DNA from: Brumimicrobium sp.
Lineage (GTDB): Bacteria > Bacteroidota > Bacteroidia > Flavobacteriales_D > Crocinitomicaceae
Assembly: GCA_965656195.1 (NCBI GenBank)
Contig: CBFHJL010000001.1
Coordinates: 11,715 to 75,714, forward strand
DNA length: 64,000 nt
Direction: 5' to 3'
The notes beneath the pieces are model-generated. The model saw only the letters and a list, made by a program, of their open reading frames with translations. It did no database searches and was not told the DNA's origin. Shown here in pieces: positions 9,578 through 19,132 of this stretch; positions within the stretch are counted from its first letter, which is position 1; every line of letters begins with the position of its first letter. Position numbers and translations under genes: made by a program.

Positions 9578-10000
9578 ATGCTAAAAAATGAATTGTTAGA
9601 GCGTTATAAACAAACGAATAAATTCAGAGATACATTGGGTATGCAACTCGGACCCATCGAGAAGGGCAGTGCAACGTACAGTTTAACTGTTCAAAAGAAG
9701 CATTTGGCTACACCGATAGCAGCTCATGGTGGAGTTGTGGCGGCTTTGGTAGATGCAACAATGGGTGTTACTGCTTTATCTGTTGTTGTGGAGAGTGACA
9801 GAGTTGTGAGTACCGTTGAACTCAAAGTCAATTATTTAAAACCTGTTCTAGAAGGAGACCAATTAAGGTGTGTAGGCGAGGTGCTAAATACCGGCAATCG
9901 TTTGATTTATGTGGAATGCAGTATTATTAATCAAAGAGAACAGTTGGTAGCAAGAGCAAATGGAACATTCAATGCTTACCCTGCTTCGAAGGCATTCTGA
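9578..10000 (+). CDS. PaaI-family hotdog-fold thioesterase
   Basis: AHGGVVAALVDATMG, STVELKVNYLKP. Confidence 0.9.
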   Translation: MLKNELLERYKQTNKFRDTLGMQLGPIEKGSATYSLTVQKKHLATPIAAHGGVVAALVDATMGVTALSVVVESDRVVSTVELKVNYLKPVLEGDQLRCVGEVLNTGNRLIYVECSIINQREQLVARANGTFNAYPASKAF

Positions 10001-10001
10001 T

Positions 10002-10607
10002 TTAATCTTCTTTTTTTACTTTTTCCCATGTTTCGAAAAGTTTCTCTTGCGTTGGTCTTCCTGGCTCAATCTCGCGAAGAGGTTCACATGGTTTTAATGT
10101 TGCGTAACATTCTCCCGGTAAAGCTTGATAAAGGGATGTGCCTTTTGTTTTCCAGGCAATCATATCATCGGAAACATCTTTGATCTTTTTCGCTGGATTC
10201 CCAACGATTAAGCTTCGTTTTGGGAACTCACTCTTTGCACTAACGAAGGATAGTGCGCCTACAATAGATTCTGCCCCAATAATACTATCATCCATAATCA
10301 CACTGTTCATTCCAATTAAAGAGTTCCTACCGATGGTGCCTCCGTGAATGATAGCCCCATGTCCAATATGAGCCGATTCTTCCAATGTTACTGTTGTTCC
10401 CGGAAACATGTGAATAGTACAATTCTCTTGTACGTTACAGCCATCTTTAATAATTATCTCACCCCAATCTCCTCTTATTGCAGCCCCTGGACCGACATAA
10501 ACATCTTTACCTATATGCACATTTCCAGTGACTGTTGCATTCGGATGTATAAAAGCCGTTTCGTTAATTACGGGCTTAAAGCCATTGAACTCAAAAATGT
10601 TTGACAT
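10002..10607 (-). CDS. PaaY/CaiE-like gamma-carbonic-anhydrase family hexapeptide-repeat protein
   Basis: GAAIRGDWG, NVQENCTIHMFPG, HIGHGAIIHG, LIGMNSVIMD. Confidence 0.85.
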   Translation of the reverse strand: MSNIFEFNGFKPVINETAFIHPNATVTGNVHIGKDVYVGPGAAIRGDWGEIIIKDGCNVQENCTIHMFPGTTVTLEESAHIGHGAIIHGGTIGRNSLIGMNSVIMDDSIIGAESIVGALSFVSAKSEFPKRSLIVGNPAKKIKDVSDDMIAWKTKGTSLYQALPGECYATLKPCEPLREIEPGRPTQEKLFETWEKVKKED

Positions 10608-10662
10608 TGTTTTTTATTTTTTTTGTACAACTTTTGTCCTCCTAAAACGTTAATAAGAAGCA

Positions 10663-11205
10663 ATGAGTTACTGCGAATTTACAAAAGATTTAGCTGAAGA
10701 TCATCCAGATAAAATTTATCATGATCAAGACTATGGTTTTCCGATTGATGATGATAATGAATTATTCGGGCGATTAATTCTAGAAATAAATCAGGCTGGA
10801 TTGAGTTGGTCAACAATTCTCAAGAAAGCAGATAATTTTAGAAGTGCGTATGATCAGTTTGATGTTGAAACAATTGCGAATTATGGTGATGATGATAAGC
10901 AGCGATTGCTATCTGATGCTGGGATAATTCGTAATAGACTTAAAGTGGATGCGGCAATTTATAACGCTGGAAGCGTTAAAGCTATTCAGTTGGAATATGG
11001 TTCTTTCAAGAATTGGTTGGATAAGCATAAATCATTATCTTTGGATAACTGGATTAAGTTGTTCAAAAATAACTTTAAGTTCACCGGTGGTGAAATAACT
11101 AGAGAATTTTTGATGAGCACGAGTTACTTGAAAGGAGCGCATGATGAAAATTGCTCAACATTTAAAAAAATAATAGAAAAACAACCTGTATGGGATCAAG
11201 ATTAA
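10663..11205 (+). CDS. tag: DNA-3-methyladenine glycosylase I
   Basis: YHDxDYG, LEINQAGLSWSTILKK, N-terminal Cys and C-terminal HxxxC Zn ligands. Confidence 0.92.
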   Translation: MSYCEFTKDLAEDHPDKIYHDQDYGFPIDDDNELFGRLILEINQAGLSWSTILKKADNFRSAYDQFDVETIANYGDDDKQRLLSDAGIIRNRLKVDAAIYNAGSVKAIQLEYGSFKNWLDKHKSLSLDNWIKLFKNNFKFTGGEITREFLMSTSYLKGAHDENCSTFKKIIEKQPVWDQD

Positions 11206-11846
11206 AAACTGTTTTATTCACTATGACATTTTGTTGTACTGCTTTAGTGCATGCGCAGTATAGTGCTGGTTTTGGGCTCAGTTCATTTCATGGAGCAAAC
11301 ACAGATATCAACCGTGTTGGATTTAATGCTTTTTTAGAAATGCCGAATTCAGATGTTCGGACTTCTTACTACAGAGCAACTTTTTTGATACCTCAACGGA
11401 GTGAAAGTAATACTCAAATAGATGCATTAGATTTTGGAACTCAGCCACAAAAAATCGATGCACGTGAAATAGCAAGAACATCATTTTTTTCTGTTGATGG
11501 TGGTCAAAGGGTATATTTCATAAATGATTACGATATTGGTTTTGCAGTTTACGGTGGTTTTCATCTTAGAGGTATACTTAGTTCATTTTCTCGTGAGTAT
11601 ATTCTTCCTGATTCTATTGCTGCCGAAGAGTACGATACTGAGCCTATACCCAGAGAGTTCTCGTTGTTGGTGTCTTTCGGGGCAAATGTTGGTGTGAAAT
11701 ACCAGCTGCCAACTAGAGGCGCGCTTAACCTAGATTTTACACTGGATGTTGTCTCCCGGATATTCGACCCACAGTTTATTCTTGGGCAAGAGATCTCTCC
11801 ATTATCTTTTTCTGTTAATCTTGCTTATCGTTTTGATTGGTACTAA
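11190..11846 (+). CDS. Outer-membrane beta-barrel domain protein
   Basis: Signal peptide ending VHA|Q; alternating beta pattern; C-terminal LAYRFDWY. Confidence 0.6.
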   Translation: MGSRLKTVLFTMTFCCTALVHAQYSAGFGLSSFHGANTDINRVGFNAFLEMPNSDVRTSYYRATFLIPQRSESNTQIDALDFGTQPQKIDAREIARTSFFSVDGGQRVYFINDYDIGFAVYGGFHLRGILSSFSREYILPDSIAAEEYDTEPIPREFSLLVSFGANVGVKYQLPTRGALNLDFTLDVVSRIFDPQFILGQEISPLSFSVNLAYRFDWY

Positions 11847-11849
11847 TTC

Positions 11850-12674
11850 ATGATAGTTGTAGAGAGCGGTGGTACAAAGTCCACCTGGGTTTATGAGGAT
11901 GCAGCGGGTGATTTGAAAAAATCTGTTCTTCTAGGACTGCATCCCCAAGAAATTACACCGCAAAAATCACAAGCTGTCAATGATCTAATTACACGAAATA
12001 ACTTGACGGGTAGAGAGGTGTACTTTTTTGGCGCAGGTTGCGAAAGTGAAAGTGGTAAAAAGATAATATCCAAGCTTCTTTTGGAGATTGGCCTCGTTCC
12101 TAAAATGATTGTATCTGACGTTGTTGGTGCTTGTATGGCTGTATTGGGTGGCGAGGATGGCGTTGCAGGTATCTTGGGTACGGGTGCTGTTGCTGCCTAT
12201 TATAAGAATAATGAAGTTCAGGAGATGGCTTCAGGTCGCGGCTTTATCCTTGGCGATGAAGGTAGTGGCTTTCATATTGGTAAAAAAATTACAATAGCAT
12301 GTCTGGACAACGCGTTGGCAGAATATCCTGATATTGAAGTTTTAATTCACAATTATTATGGTGGAAAAGACAAGATTGTCCATGCCTGCAGTGGTGCAAA
12401 CAGCAGATTTAAAATTGCTGGTCTTACCGAGGTGATTGCAGAGTACCGCACCAATCCAGTTATACATAAGGTGATTATTGAGAGTTTTCAAGATTTTGTT
12501 CAAAAAGCTATCTTACCCCTAAAACATGATGGACAAATCGGAATGGTAGGTAGTGTTGCGTTCTATTTTAAAAATGAACTTTCTAATGTATTGTCCAACA
12601 ATAATATAGAGTTAAAAAAAGTGGCTTTAGCTGCAGTCGATGATATTTATACGTTTATCGATAAAAAAATGTAA
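11850..12674 (+). CDS. BadF/BadG/BcrA/BcrD-family sugar kinase (N-acetylglucosamine kinase-like)
   Basis: ESGGTKSTW, ILGTGA, GFILGDEGSG, GSVAFYF. Confidence 0.85.
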   Translation: MIVVESGGTKSTWVYEDAAGDLKKSVLLGLHPQEITPQKSQAVNDLITRNNLTGREVYFFGAGCESESGKKIISKLLLEIGLVPKMIVSDVVGACMAVLGGEDGVAGILGTGAVAAYYKNNEVQEMASGRGFILGDEGSGFHIGKKITIACLDNALAEYPDIEVLIHNYYGGKDKIVHACSGANSRFKIAGLTEVIAEYRTNPVIHKVIIESFQDFVQKAILPLKHDGQIGMVGSVAFYFKNELSNVLSNNNIELKKVALAAVDDIYTFIDKKM

Positions 12675-12785
12675 TTGGTCTAAGTTTTATGTCTTGTTCA
12701 TCGAGAAACATACTTTTCTTTTGATGTTAAGGCCTTTCTAATTGGGAAAAAATTCTGATATTGTAGCTCTATTCGATTAGTTAAA

Positions 12786-13184
12786 ATGGAGAATTTAGAG
12801 CTAAAAGCTACGGCTAAAACGCCACAAGTACTATTCAATGCTCAGACAGGCGTTATGATTATCAAGGGTAGAGCGATTCCTTTAGAATCTGAAGACTTCT
12901 GGGGACCTGTACTGAAATGGTTCTACGCATATGCTACAGATCCTTTGAAGAAAACTAAGTTTGTTTTCGATATGGAGTACTTCAATATTTCCTCATCAAA
13001 ACAAATTTTATTCTTGTTACACAAGTTAAACGACATGATGGAAGTAGGTTTTGACCTTGATATTGATTGGAAATATCCAAAAGGTGATGTCGAAATGAGA
13101 GAAGCAGGTAATGATTTCTCTTGTATGGTAAATATTCCATTTAATTTCATTGAAAATGAGGAGTATATGGCAGAAGCTGTTTAA
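12786..13184 (+). CDS. SiaC / DUF1987 family STAS-like protein
   Basis: T.KTP.V.F, I.GRAIP, MEYFNISSSK, W.Y...D.EM.EAG.DF pattern. Confidence 0.85.
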   Translation: MENLELKATAKTPQVLFNAQTGVMIIKGRAIPLESEDFWGPVLKWFYAYATDPLKKTKFVFDMEYFNISSSKQILFLLHKLNDMMEVGFDLDIDWKYPKGDVEMREAGNDFSCMVNIPFNFIENEEYMAEAV

Positions 13185-14029
13185 TTGTTCCAATCATCAG
13201 GGACAATAAAACACACTTTTTTTGAATTTAATTTAACCATTTTAGGTTTACTTGAATTATCCCATTCCGCAGTTTCATGCTTTTTATAAGGTTCTTTTCG
13301 ATCAATACTTCCAAGCCAATCTGGACGATAAAGAATGGAATAATTGTTTTGTGATGCTTTTATCTGTTGATTAAAGAAGTAATGCAATGGTTCGTGATTC
13401 AAATAGTCACATGCTACTTGTTCATTCCAAAAGAACTGTCCTCGAAAGAGAAAATAGGATTCAATCAGCTCTTCTTTTATTCCGGGAATTGAGTTTAGAA
13501 GCAATTCGTGTTTTCCCAATGGAAGTTGATGTCCTTCAATTTTTGTTAGTTTTTTCTGTAAGTTATCTTTTCTTGAAGGACCAATCCAGTTTCGTGTTGT
13601 ATATGGATCGGAGTGAGGTAGCAATAGATAATATTTTACTGCTAATTCAATGTGAAGAATTCTATTGTTCCAGCGAATGACGAAATCTATTTCCCCAATG
13701 GTTGTTTTGTCTTCCGTAATTTGAAAGTTTTGAATCAGTAGTTCAACCTCGGCAAACGTTTGAAAAAAATAGGAAAGCAATGACTCTGCATAAAATCCCA
13801 ATCGATAGTTCTTTTTTCGATCTACAAAATGTTGAAGTTCTTCAGGCGAATTATCCAGAGATCGAAAGTAATCTGAAGCATGCTCCTCCCATTGGTCAAT
13901 GATATCCTTTGGAAAAAATGGAATGCTGAATTCTTTTGGACATGCTTTTAAAGGTGATGTTTTAAACAATAACCAATAAAGGTCCTGAACTTTTGTGTTC
14001 TGTAAAGAATTAAAGAAATCATAATTCAT
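13181..14029 (-). CDS. DUF1853 family protein (PD-(D/E)xK nuclease-like)
   Basis: RLGFYAE, TIGEIDF, HIELAVKYYL, WIGP..KDNL. Confidence 0.8.
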   Translation of the reverse strand: MNYDFFNSLQNTKVQDLYWLLFKTSPLKACPKEFSIPFFPKDIIDQWEEHASDYFRSLDNSPEELQHFVDRKKNYRLGFYAESLLSYFFQTFAEVELLIQNFQITEDKTTIGEIDFVIRWNNRILHIELAVKYYLLLPHSDPYTTRNWIGPSRKDNLQKKLTKIEGHQLPLGKHELLLNSIPGIKEELIESYFLFRGQFFWNEQVACDYLNHEPLHYFFNQQIKASQNNYSILYRPDWLGSIDRKEPYKKHETAEWDNSSKPKMVKLNSKKVCFIVPDDWNN

Positions 14030-14093
14030 ACCAACGAAATTAAATAAACAATGCGATTTTTGAGTAATATTTTGCCAATCATAGCTGAATTGG

Positions 14094-14101
14094 TATTTTT
14101 G
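14094..14101 (+). promoter_or_regulatory. -7 promoter box TATTTTTG
   Basis: Consensus match upstream of the 14130-15654 operon. Confidence 0.55.
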
Positions 14102-14129
14102 CCGAGATTAAATTGAATCAAATTAAAGT

Positions 14130-14384
14130 ATGAGAGTAATTGACGAGATCCCTCACGAAAGATTTAAGATCCAGATATTCAACTACAATTCGAAGTATAT
14201 TGTTAAGATTGAACTAGGTCAGTTTGAACAAAGTTATAAGATTGGGGAGATAGATGTAATGGGACTTGATGACGTTAAAGGCATGATTACTCAAGATTTT
14301 TTGAGTGGTTGTCTAAAGCGCTTTGTTACGATGCGTGAGGATTGGGAGTATTCATTTAGAAATAAGAACACTACAGCAAAATAG
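14130..14384 (+). CDS. Small conserved Bacteroidota hypothetical protein
   Basis: MRVIDEIPH..FKI.IF..N.KYIVKIE.GQFEQSYK pattern; operon position. Confidence 0.7.
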   Translation: MRVIDEIPHERFKIQIFNYNSKYIVKIELGQFEQSYKIGEIDVMGLDDVKGMITQDFLSGCLKRFVTMREDWEYSFRNKNTTAK

Positions 14385-14389
14385 AAAAT

Positions 14390-15070
14390 ATGAAAAAAAT
14401 TATTTTATTTACAGCAATCGCTTTCGGAGCGTCAGTAATATTCACTTCTTGTAATGGCGATGCAGGTGAAGATAATGCAACAAATACAACCGATAGTGAA
14501 GGTGATGTAAGCGTTTCTAAACGAGAAGTAGGGAACGATACTACAGGAGTGGCTATTGCGTACTACATTCAAGACAGTATTGCAAACAATTTCAATTTCT
14601 ATCGTGAGGTTGATTCTATGTTGAATGAAAAGCAAATGAAGTTTCAAAAGGAGCTTGAGTCTCGAATTCGATCTTACCAAGCGTATGAAGCAGACATTCA
14701 GCGTAGAATGAATAACAATGAAATTACTGGGTATCAGTTAGAGGATATTCAAAAGACCGCTGCACAAAAACAACAGTCTATTTCAAGATTTGAACAACAA
14801 AGAGGAGCAGCTTTACAGAAAGAGTCGATAGATTATCAAACGGCGATGATGAATAAGATTTCTGAAGCAGGTAAAGAGTTTTCTGAAAAGAATAATATCG
14901 ATATTCTCTTCTTTTATCAGAAAGGTGGACAAATTACATACATCGCTAATGCTTTTGATGTAACTGAACAATTTGTAGAATACCTGAACAAGAGAGAGGA
15001 CGAGTTGATGGCTGACTTTGATGAAAAGGTTGATGAAATTGAGAATAGTTCTGATAGCCTAGCAAAATAA
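14390..15070 (+). CDS. OmpH/Skp-family chaperone with a lipoprotein signal
   Basis: IAYYIQDSI, long coiled coil, NIDILF...ITYIANAFDVT; lipobox FTSC. Confidence 0.75.
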   Translation: MKKIILFTAIAFGASVIFTSCNGDAGEDNATNTTDSEGDVSVSKREVGNDTTGVAIAYYIQDSIANNFNFYREVDSMLNEKQMKFQKELESRIRSYQAYEADIQRRMNNNEITGYQLEDIQKTAAQKQQSISRFEQQRGAALQKESIDYQTAMMNKISEAGKEFSEKNNIDILFFYQKGGQITYIANAFDVTEQFVEYLNKREDELMADFDEKVDEIENSSDSLAK

Positions 15071-15096
15071 TAATTCAATCAATAGTTTTTTGAAGC

Positions 15097-15654
15097 ATGT
15101 ATATCGCAAAAGATAAAAGAGAATCGAATATCGCTGAGTATGTTATCTATATGTACCAGATGGAAGATATGGTTCGTGCTTACAGCTTTGACCTAGATGC
15201 GATACGAGAAAAGATTGTTCGTCCACAAGTTAAAAGTGCTTCGTTAGAAGAGGAGGCAGTTGCTTGGTACAAAGAGATGATTGATGAAATGAAGTCCCGC
15301 AAACTGGAGCGCAAAGGGCATATACATCGTATCGGAGAAATCATTACTGAGATGATTTACTTGCACAATACCCTGAAAGATGTAGTTGAAGATAAGAAAT
15401 ACATCGATTTGCTTGCAGCAGCTGAGCCAAATATAGAAGCCTTTAGAGAGAAAAGTGATATGAATAATCTACATTTAGTAGAGATTTGTTTCCAAGCCCT
15501 TTACATGAAGCTTTTGCTTAAATTACAAGGTAAAGAGATTGGGGCAGAGTCTGAAAAGGCATTCGATACCATGAGAATTTTATTGGCGTACTTAACGAAA
15601 GGGTATCACCAAATGAAAAAAGGTGATATGACTATGTTTGAGAAACACGCTTAA
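15097..15654 (+). CDS. DUF4924 family protein
   Basis: KRESNIAEYVIYMYQMEDMVRA N-terminus. Confidence 0.8.
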   Translation: MYIAKDKRESNIAEYVIYMYQMEDMVRAYSFDLDAIREKIVRPQVKSASLEEEAVAWYKEMIDEMKSRKLERKGHIHRIGEIITEMIYLHNTLKDVVEDKKYIDLLAAAEPNIEAFREKSDMNNLHLVEICFQALYMKLLLKLQGKEIGAESEKAFDTMRILLAYLTKGYHQMKKGDMTMFEKHA

Positions 15655-15655
15655 C

Positions 15656-16582
15656 TCACTGAGATGAGCGATAGCGCTGTTGGAATTTAGCTTTTTGTTC
15701 TTTTCTCAAACTATCCAAGTCCTCAGGTACTTCTCTTTTCCAACGTTTGTGTGACCAAATCCACCGTGATGGAGCTTCTTGAATGGCTTTCTCCAGATGT
15801 TGTGTATGTTGCTCAGTTATTTCTCCCCAGTCTAACTTCCTTGGTTCACGCGTAATCTCGACCAATTCCATTTCGTAAAATCCACGTTTAGGTCTATGAA
15901 TCGTAAAGTAAACAACCGCTTGATCGTATTCGTTTGCCAACATTTCTGGACCAAATACAACCCCAGTTTGTTGATTTAGAAATTTCATCCAGTAACATTT
16001 TAGTGAATCACCAGGAGACTGATCCGCCAGCACAAGTGTTGCGACACGTTCTGTATTGTTTTTATAGAATTCCTTCACAATTTTAGAATGTATGACCTTC
16101 ATCCCAAAACGCGATCTTTTTGCATTCAATTTTTCATCCCAGAATCCACTCGTTAAAGGCATTCCTATACCTACAGCCTTATGCTTAAATAAAAGATTCT
16201 GTGCCGTAATAAGCCATTCCCAGTTATTATAATGTCCCGAAACCAGTAATACGTCTTTTCCCGAATGGTATAAATCATCCATGATCTCGGGATTACGAAC
16301 CTTAAAGCGCTTGCGAAGTGCACGCTCTGAAATACTGAGATTTTTGGCTCCTTCAGCAAGTAGATTCGTGAGGTGTCGATAAAACATACGTTCAATCTTC
16401 TTTTTTTCTTTTGGAGTTCTATTAGGAAATGAATTGCTAATGTTCGTACGAACAACTTTTCTTCTGTAGGGAACAATTGTGATAAGTAGTAAATAGAAAA
16501 AGTCGGTAAATAAGTACATAACTGGAAGTGGCAGCAATGAAGCAGGGTAGATCAACAGATAATATGCAATCCAGCTTAACAT
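15656..16582 (-). CDS. Lipid A late acyltransferase (LpxL/HtrB family)
   Basis: GHYNNWE, LADQSP, QAPSRWIWSHKRWK; start set at ATG 16582 downstream of a -7 box (16595-16602). Confidence 0.88.
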   Translation of the reverse strand: MLSWIAYYLLIYPASLLPLPVMYLFTDFFYLLLITIVPYRRKVVRTNISNSFPNRTPKEKKKIERMFYRHLTNLLAEGAKNLSISERALRKRFKVRNPEIMDDLYHSGKDVLLVSGHYNNWEWLITAQNLLFKHKAVGIGMPLTSGFWDEKLNAKRSRFGMKVIHSKIVKEFYKNNTERVATLVLADQSPGDSLKCYWMKFLNQQTGVVFGPEMLANEYDQAVVYFTIHRPKRGFYEMELVEITREPRKLDWGEITEQHTQHLEKAIQEAPSRWIWSHKRWKREVPEDLDSLRKEQKAKFQQRYRSSQ

Positions 16583-16594
16583 GTAACTTTTTCT

Positions 16595-16602
16595 CAAAAG
16601 TA
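16595..16602 (-). promoter_or_regulatory. -7 promoter box TACTTTTG
   Basis: Consensus match; divergent partner box TATTTTTG at 16686-16693 (+). Confidence 0.5.
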
Positions 16603-16712
16603 GCTATTTTGGGGTAAATAATTGTTACAGATATTGAACCTTCTCTATTTCTTATGAATTAGATAAATCTTTGAAGTAAGAATATTATTTTTGGAATCTA
16701 AATTATTTATAC

Positions 16713-17777
16713 ATGGAAAAAGTCATTAGTGGTATTCAGCAAATGGGAATAGGTGTTCCTGATGTTCAAGAGATTTGGGCTTGGTACCGTAAATTCTTTG
16801 GTGTAGATGTGCGCATTTTTGAAGAAGCTGCTGACGCGCCCTTAATGATTGACTATACAGGAGGTAAGGTTCAGTCAAGAACAGCAACGCTTGCTCTATC
16901 CATGGAAGGAGGTGGTGGATTTGAAATCTGGCAATTTACAAGTAGACCCACTGAGCGACCGAAGTACGATGTATACTTGGGAGACTATGGATTATACATT
17001 TGTAGAATTAAGTCTCGTGATGTAAAAGCTTCCTTTGAATACATGAAGCAGAACGGAGCCAATATTCTGGGAGGACTTATGCAAACGCCACATGGAGAGC
17101 CTCATTTTTTCGTGAAAGATCCAAATGATAATATCTTCAATGTTGTTTTGGAGAAGACTACATTCAAAGAAACCAACTTTGAAGGTAAGACAGGTGGAGT
17201 GGCAGGTGCTATGATCGGAGTAAGTAATATCGAAAATGCAATGAAGCTCTATGCTGATATCTTGGGATATTCCAAAATAGAATACGATGAATCCGATGTG
17301 TTCGATTGCTTCAAAGAATTACCTCAAGGAGATAAAAAAGTAAGAAGAGTTTTATTGTCTCATCCTGAAAAGCGCCAAGGACCTTTTTCCCCTTTACTAG
17401 GTCCATCTAAAATTGAGTTGATTCAATCGCTTGATCGCGATGATTGTAAAAAGATCTTTAAGGATCGATATTGGGGAGACTGGGGATTCATACATTTATG
17501 TTACGACATCAGAGGAATGGAAGCACTGAAAAAAGAGTGCGAGCAAGCTGGGTTTCCATTTACTGTAGATAGCGGAGATACTTTTGATATGGGAGAGGCA
17601 GGAGGTCGCTTTTCATATGTTGAAGATCCAGATGGAGCTTTGATTGAGTTTGTGGAAACACATAAAGTTCCAATCATGAAGAAAATTGGTTGGTATTTGA
17701 ACTTAAAGAATCGGGATCCAAGGAAGTCTCTACCAAAATGGATGCTTAAAGCCATGGGGATGAACAGAGTGAAATAA
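16713..17777 (+). CDS. VOC/glyoxalase-family protein (tandem domains)
   Basis: IQQMGIGVPD, FEIWQF, IELIQ, HLCYD, YVEDPDGALIEFVE. Confidence 0.85.
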   Translation: MEKVISGIQQMGIGVPDVQEIWAWYRKFFGVDVRIFEEAADAPLMIDYTGGKVQSRTATLALSMEGGGGFEIWQFTSRPTERPKYDVYLGDYGLYICRIKSRDVKASFEYMKQNGANILGGLMQTPHGEPHFFVKDPNDNIFNVVLEKTTFKETNFEGKTGGVAGAMIGVSNIENAMKLYADILGYSKIEYDESDVFDCFKELPQGDKKVRRVLLSHPEKRQGPFSPLLGPSKIELIQSLDRDDCKKIFKDRYWGDWGFIHLCYDIRGMEALKKECEQAGFPFTVDSGDTFDMGEAGGRFSYVEDPDGALIEFVETHKVPIMKKIGWYLNLKNRDPRKSLPKWMLKAMGMNRVK

Positions 17778-17872
17778 TTTGCCTACAATACTTGAGTGGT
17801 TTGTTTTAATGATTGTACGGTAATAGAAGATGGTAATAAATTGCTAACTTTACATTTATAAAATTGTATCTA

Positions 17873-18943
17873 ATGAAGCATCTTTTATTTGCAGTACTTT
17901 CTATCGCTATTTTAGCTGGCTGTACAACAAAATTCAGTGTTAACGGGGAATATTCTGAAACTCCTATTGTTCACATGTTGTTAGATCCACATGACGAATT
18001 TCATTTCTTGAAACTCAACAAAACGTTTTTGGGAGATGGAAATGCTAATGATTTTGCTTTGGTAGCAGATTCTGCCTATTTTGATCAAGTTGACGCAACA
18101 ATCGAGGAATTGATAGATGGGACTACAGTTAGAAGTTGGACATTACAAGATACAATAATCGAAAATAAAGAGTCAGGATCATTCTATTACCCTGAACAAA
18201 AACTCTATTTCTTTCAAGCAGATGATCTGAATGAAGAAGCTACGTATAGGTTAAATATTGATATAGAAAATGGCAAGCATACCGTTCAGGGTGAAACTGA
18301 ATTGGTAAAAGGTATTAATATTACTTTTCCAAATGTAAATCAGCAATTGAATTTCGCTGAGGCTAATGTACCTCAAAATGGTTACAATACTCAGTCAATT
18401 GCTTTTTCAACGGGAATTGGTGGTGCTATTTATAAGGTTCAAGTTCGTTTTGATTATCGAGAAGTAAAGGCCTCTGGTAATGAGAATAAGTCTTTAACTT
18501 GGGATGTTGGAACTGTTCGAATCGCTGATTTAACAACTCCTACGCCTTCATTAGGTGCTAATGGAGAAGCATTTTATGAGTTTATAGCAAATCGAATTCA
18601 GCAAGACCCAACTGTTACGCGAAGAACGATTAGAGGTTTCGAACTAATTGTTACTGCAGGTTCCGAAGATCTTAATACTTATATGCTTACCAATGAACCG
18701 ACATCTTCGTTGGCGCAGAATCAGCCTACTTTCTCTAATGTAGATGGTGGTTTGGGTATTTTTTCGGCACGAACAACAGCTGCGCAGTATAAGCCATTTC
18801 AAAGCCCGGACAGTCCTAATATTCGTGGACTAAATGTTAATAGTACTAGAGAACTTTGCCAAGGACAATATACGGGTTCCTTGCTTTTTTGTAGCGATAA
18901 CACAAATGATATTGCGCAAAATTATCCTTTCGCTTGTAACTAA
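17873..18943 (+). CDS. DUF4249-like lipoprotein
   Basis: Lipobox LAGC; YPEQKLYFF, YRLNIDI, FSNVDGGLGIFSAR. Start set at ATG 17873. Confidence 0.7.
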   Translation: MKHLLFAVLSIAILAGCTTKFSVNGEYSETPIVHMLLDPHDEFHFLKLNKTFLGDGNANDFALVADSAYFDQVDATIEELIDGTTVRSWTLQDTIIENKESGSFYYPEQKLYFFQADDLNEEATYRLNIDIENGKHTVQGETELVKGINITFPNVNQQLNFAEANVPQNGYNTQSIAFSTGIGGAIYKVQVRFDYREVKASGNENKSLTWDVGTVRIADLTTPTPSLGANGEAFYEFIANRIQQDPTVTRRTIRGFELIVTAGSEDLNTYMLTNEPTSSLAQNQPTFSNVDGGLGIFSARTTAAQYKPFQSPDSPNIRGLNVNSTRELCQGQYTGSLLFCSDNTNDIAQNYPFACN

Positions 18944-19039
18944 TACTTTAAAGTTTTTTGAGCGCGATCACCCATTTAGAGCGCTTGGATTGTGGTGTTC
19001 ATCTATTGCTCCAGCAATAAATCCGAAAATAATTCGTAA

Positions 19040-19072
19040 TATAATGTAACGTGATATAAGTGTTGCGTTATA
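19040..19072 (+). other. 12-bp RNA hairpin with three G.U pairs upstream of the ECF sigma gene
   Basis: TATAATGTAACG (19040-19051) pairs with TGTTGCGTTATA (19061-19072); fully paired only on the + strand. Confidence 0.45.
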
Positions 19073-19132
19073 AATAAGAGACTATTGTCTGCAAGCAATG
19101 GTTTCGTTGAACCCCAAAAACCCAAGTTTACT

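Noticed and set aside
18987-19003. GGATTGTGGTGTTCATC resembles the 5' part of a fluoride riboswitch
   Set aside because: Lacks the conserved GAUG and the downstream pseudoknot partner; no fluoride-related gene follows.
18968-19082. - strand open frame encoding a hydrophobic peptide (YIILRIIFGFIAGAIDEHHNPSALNG)
   Set aside because: No ATG/GTG/TTG start after the upstream in-frame stop and no promoter seen; could be chance.
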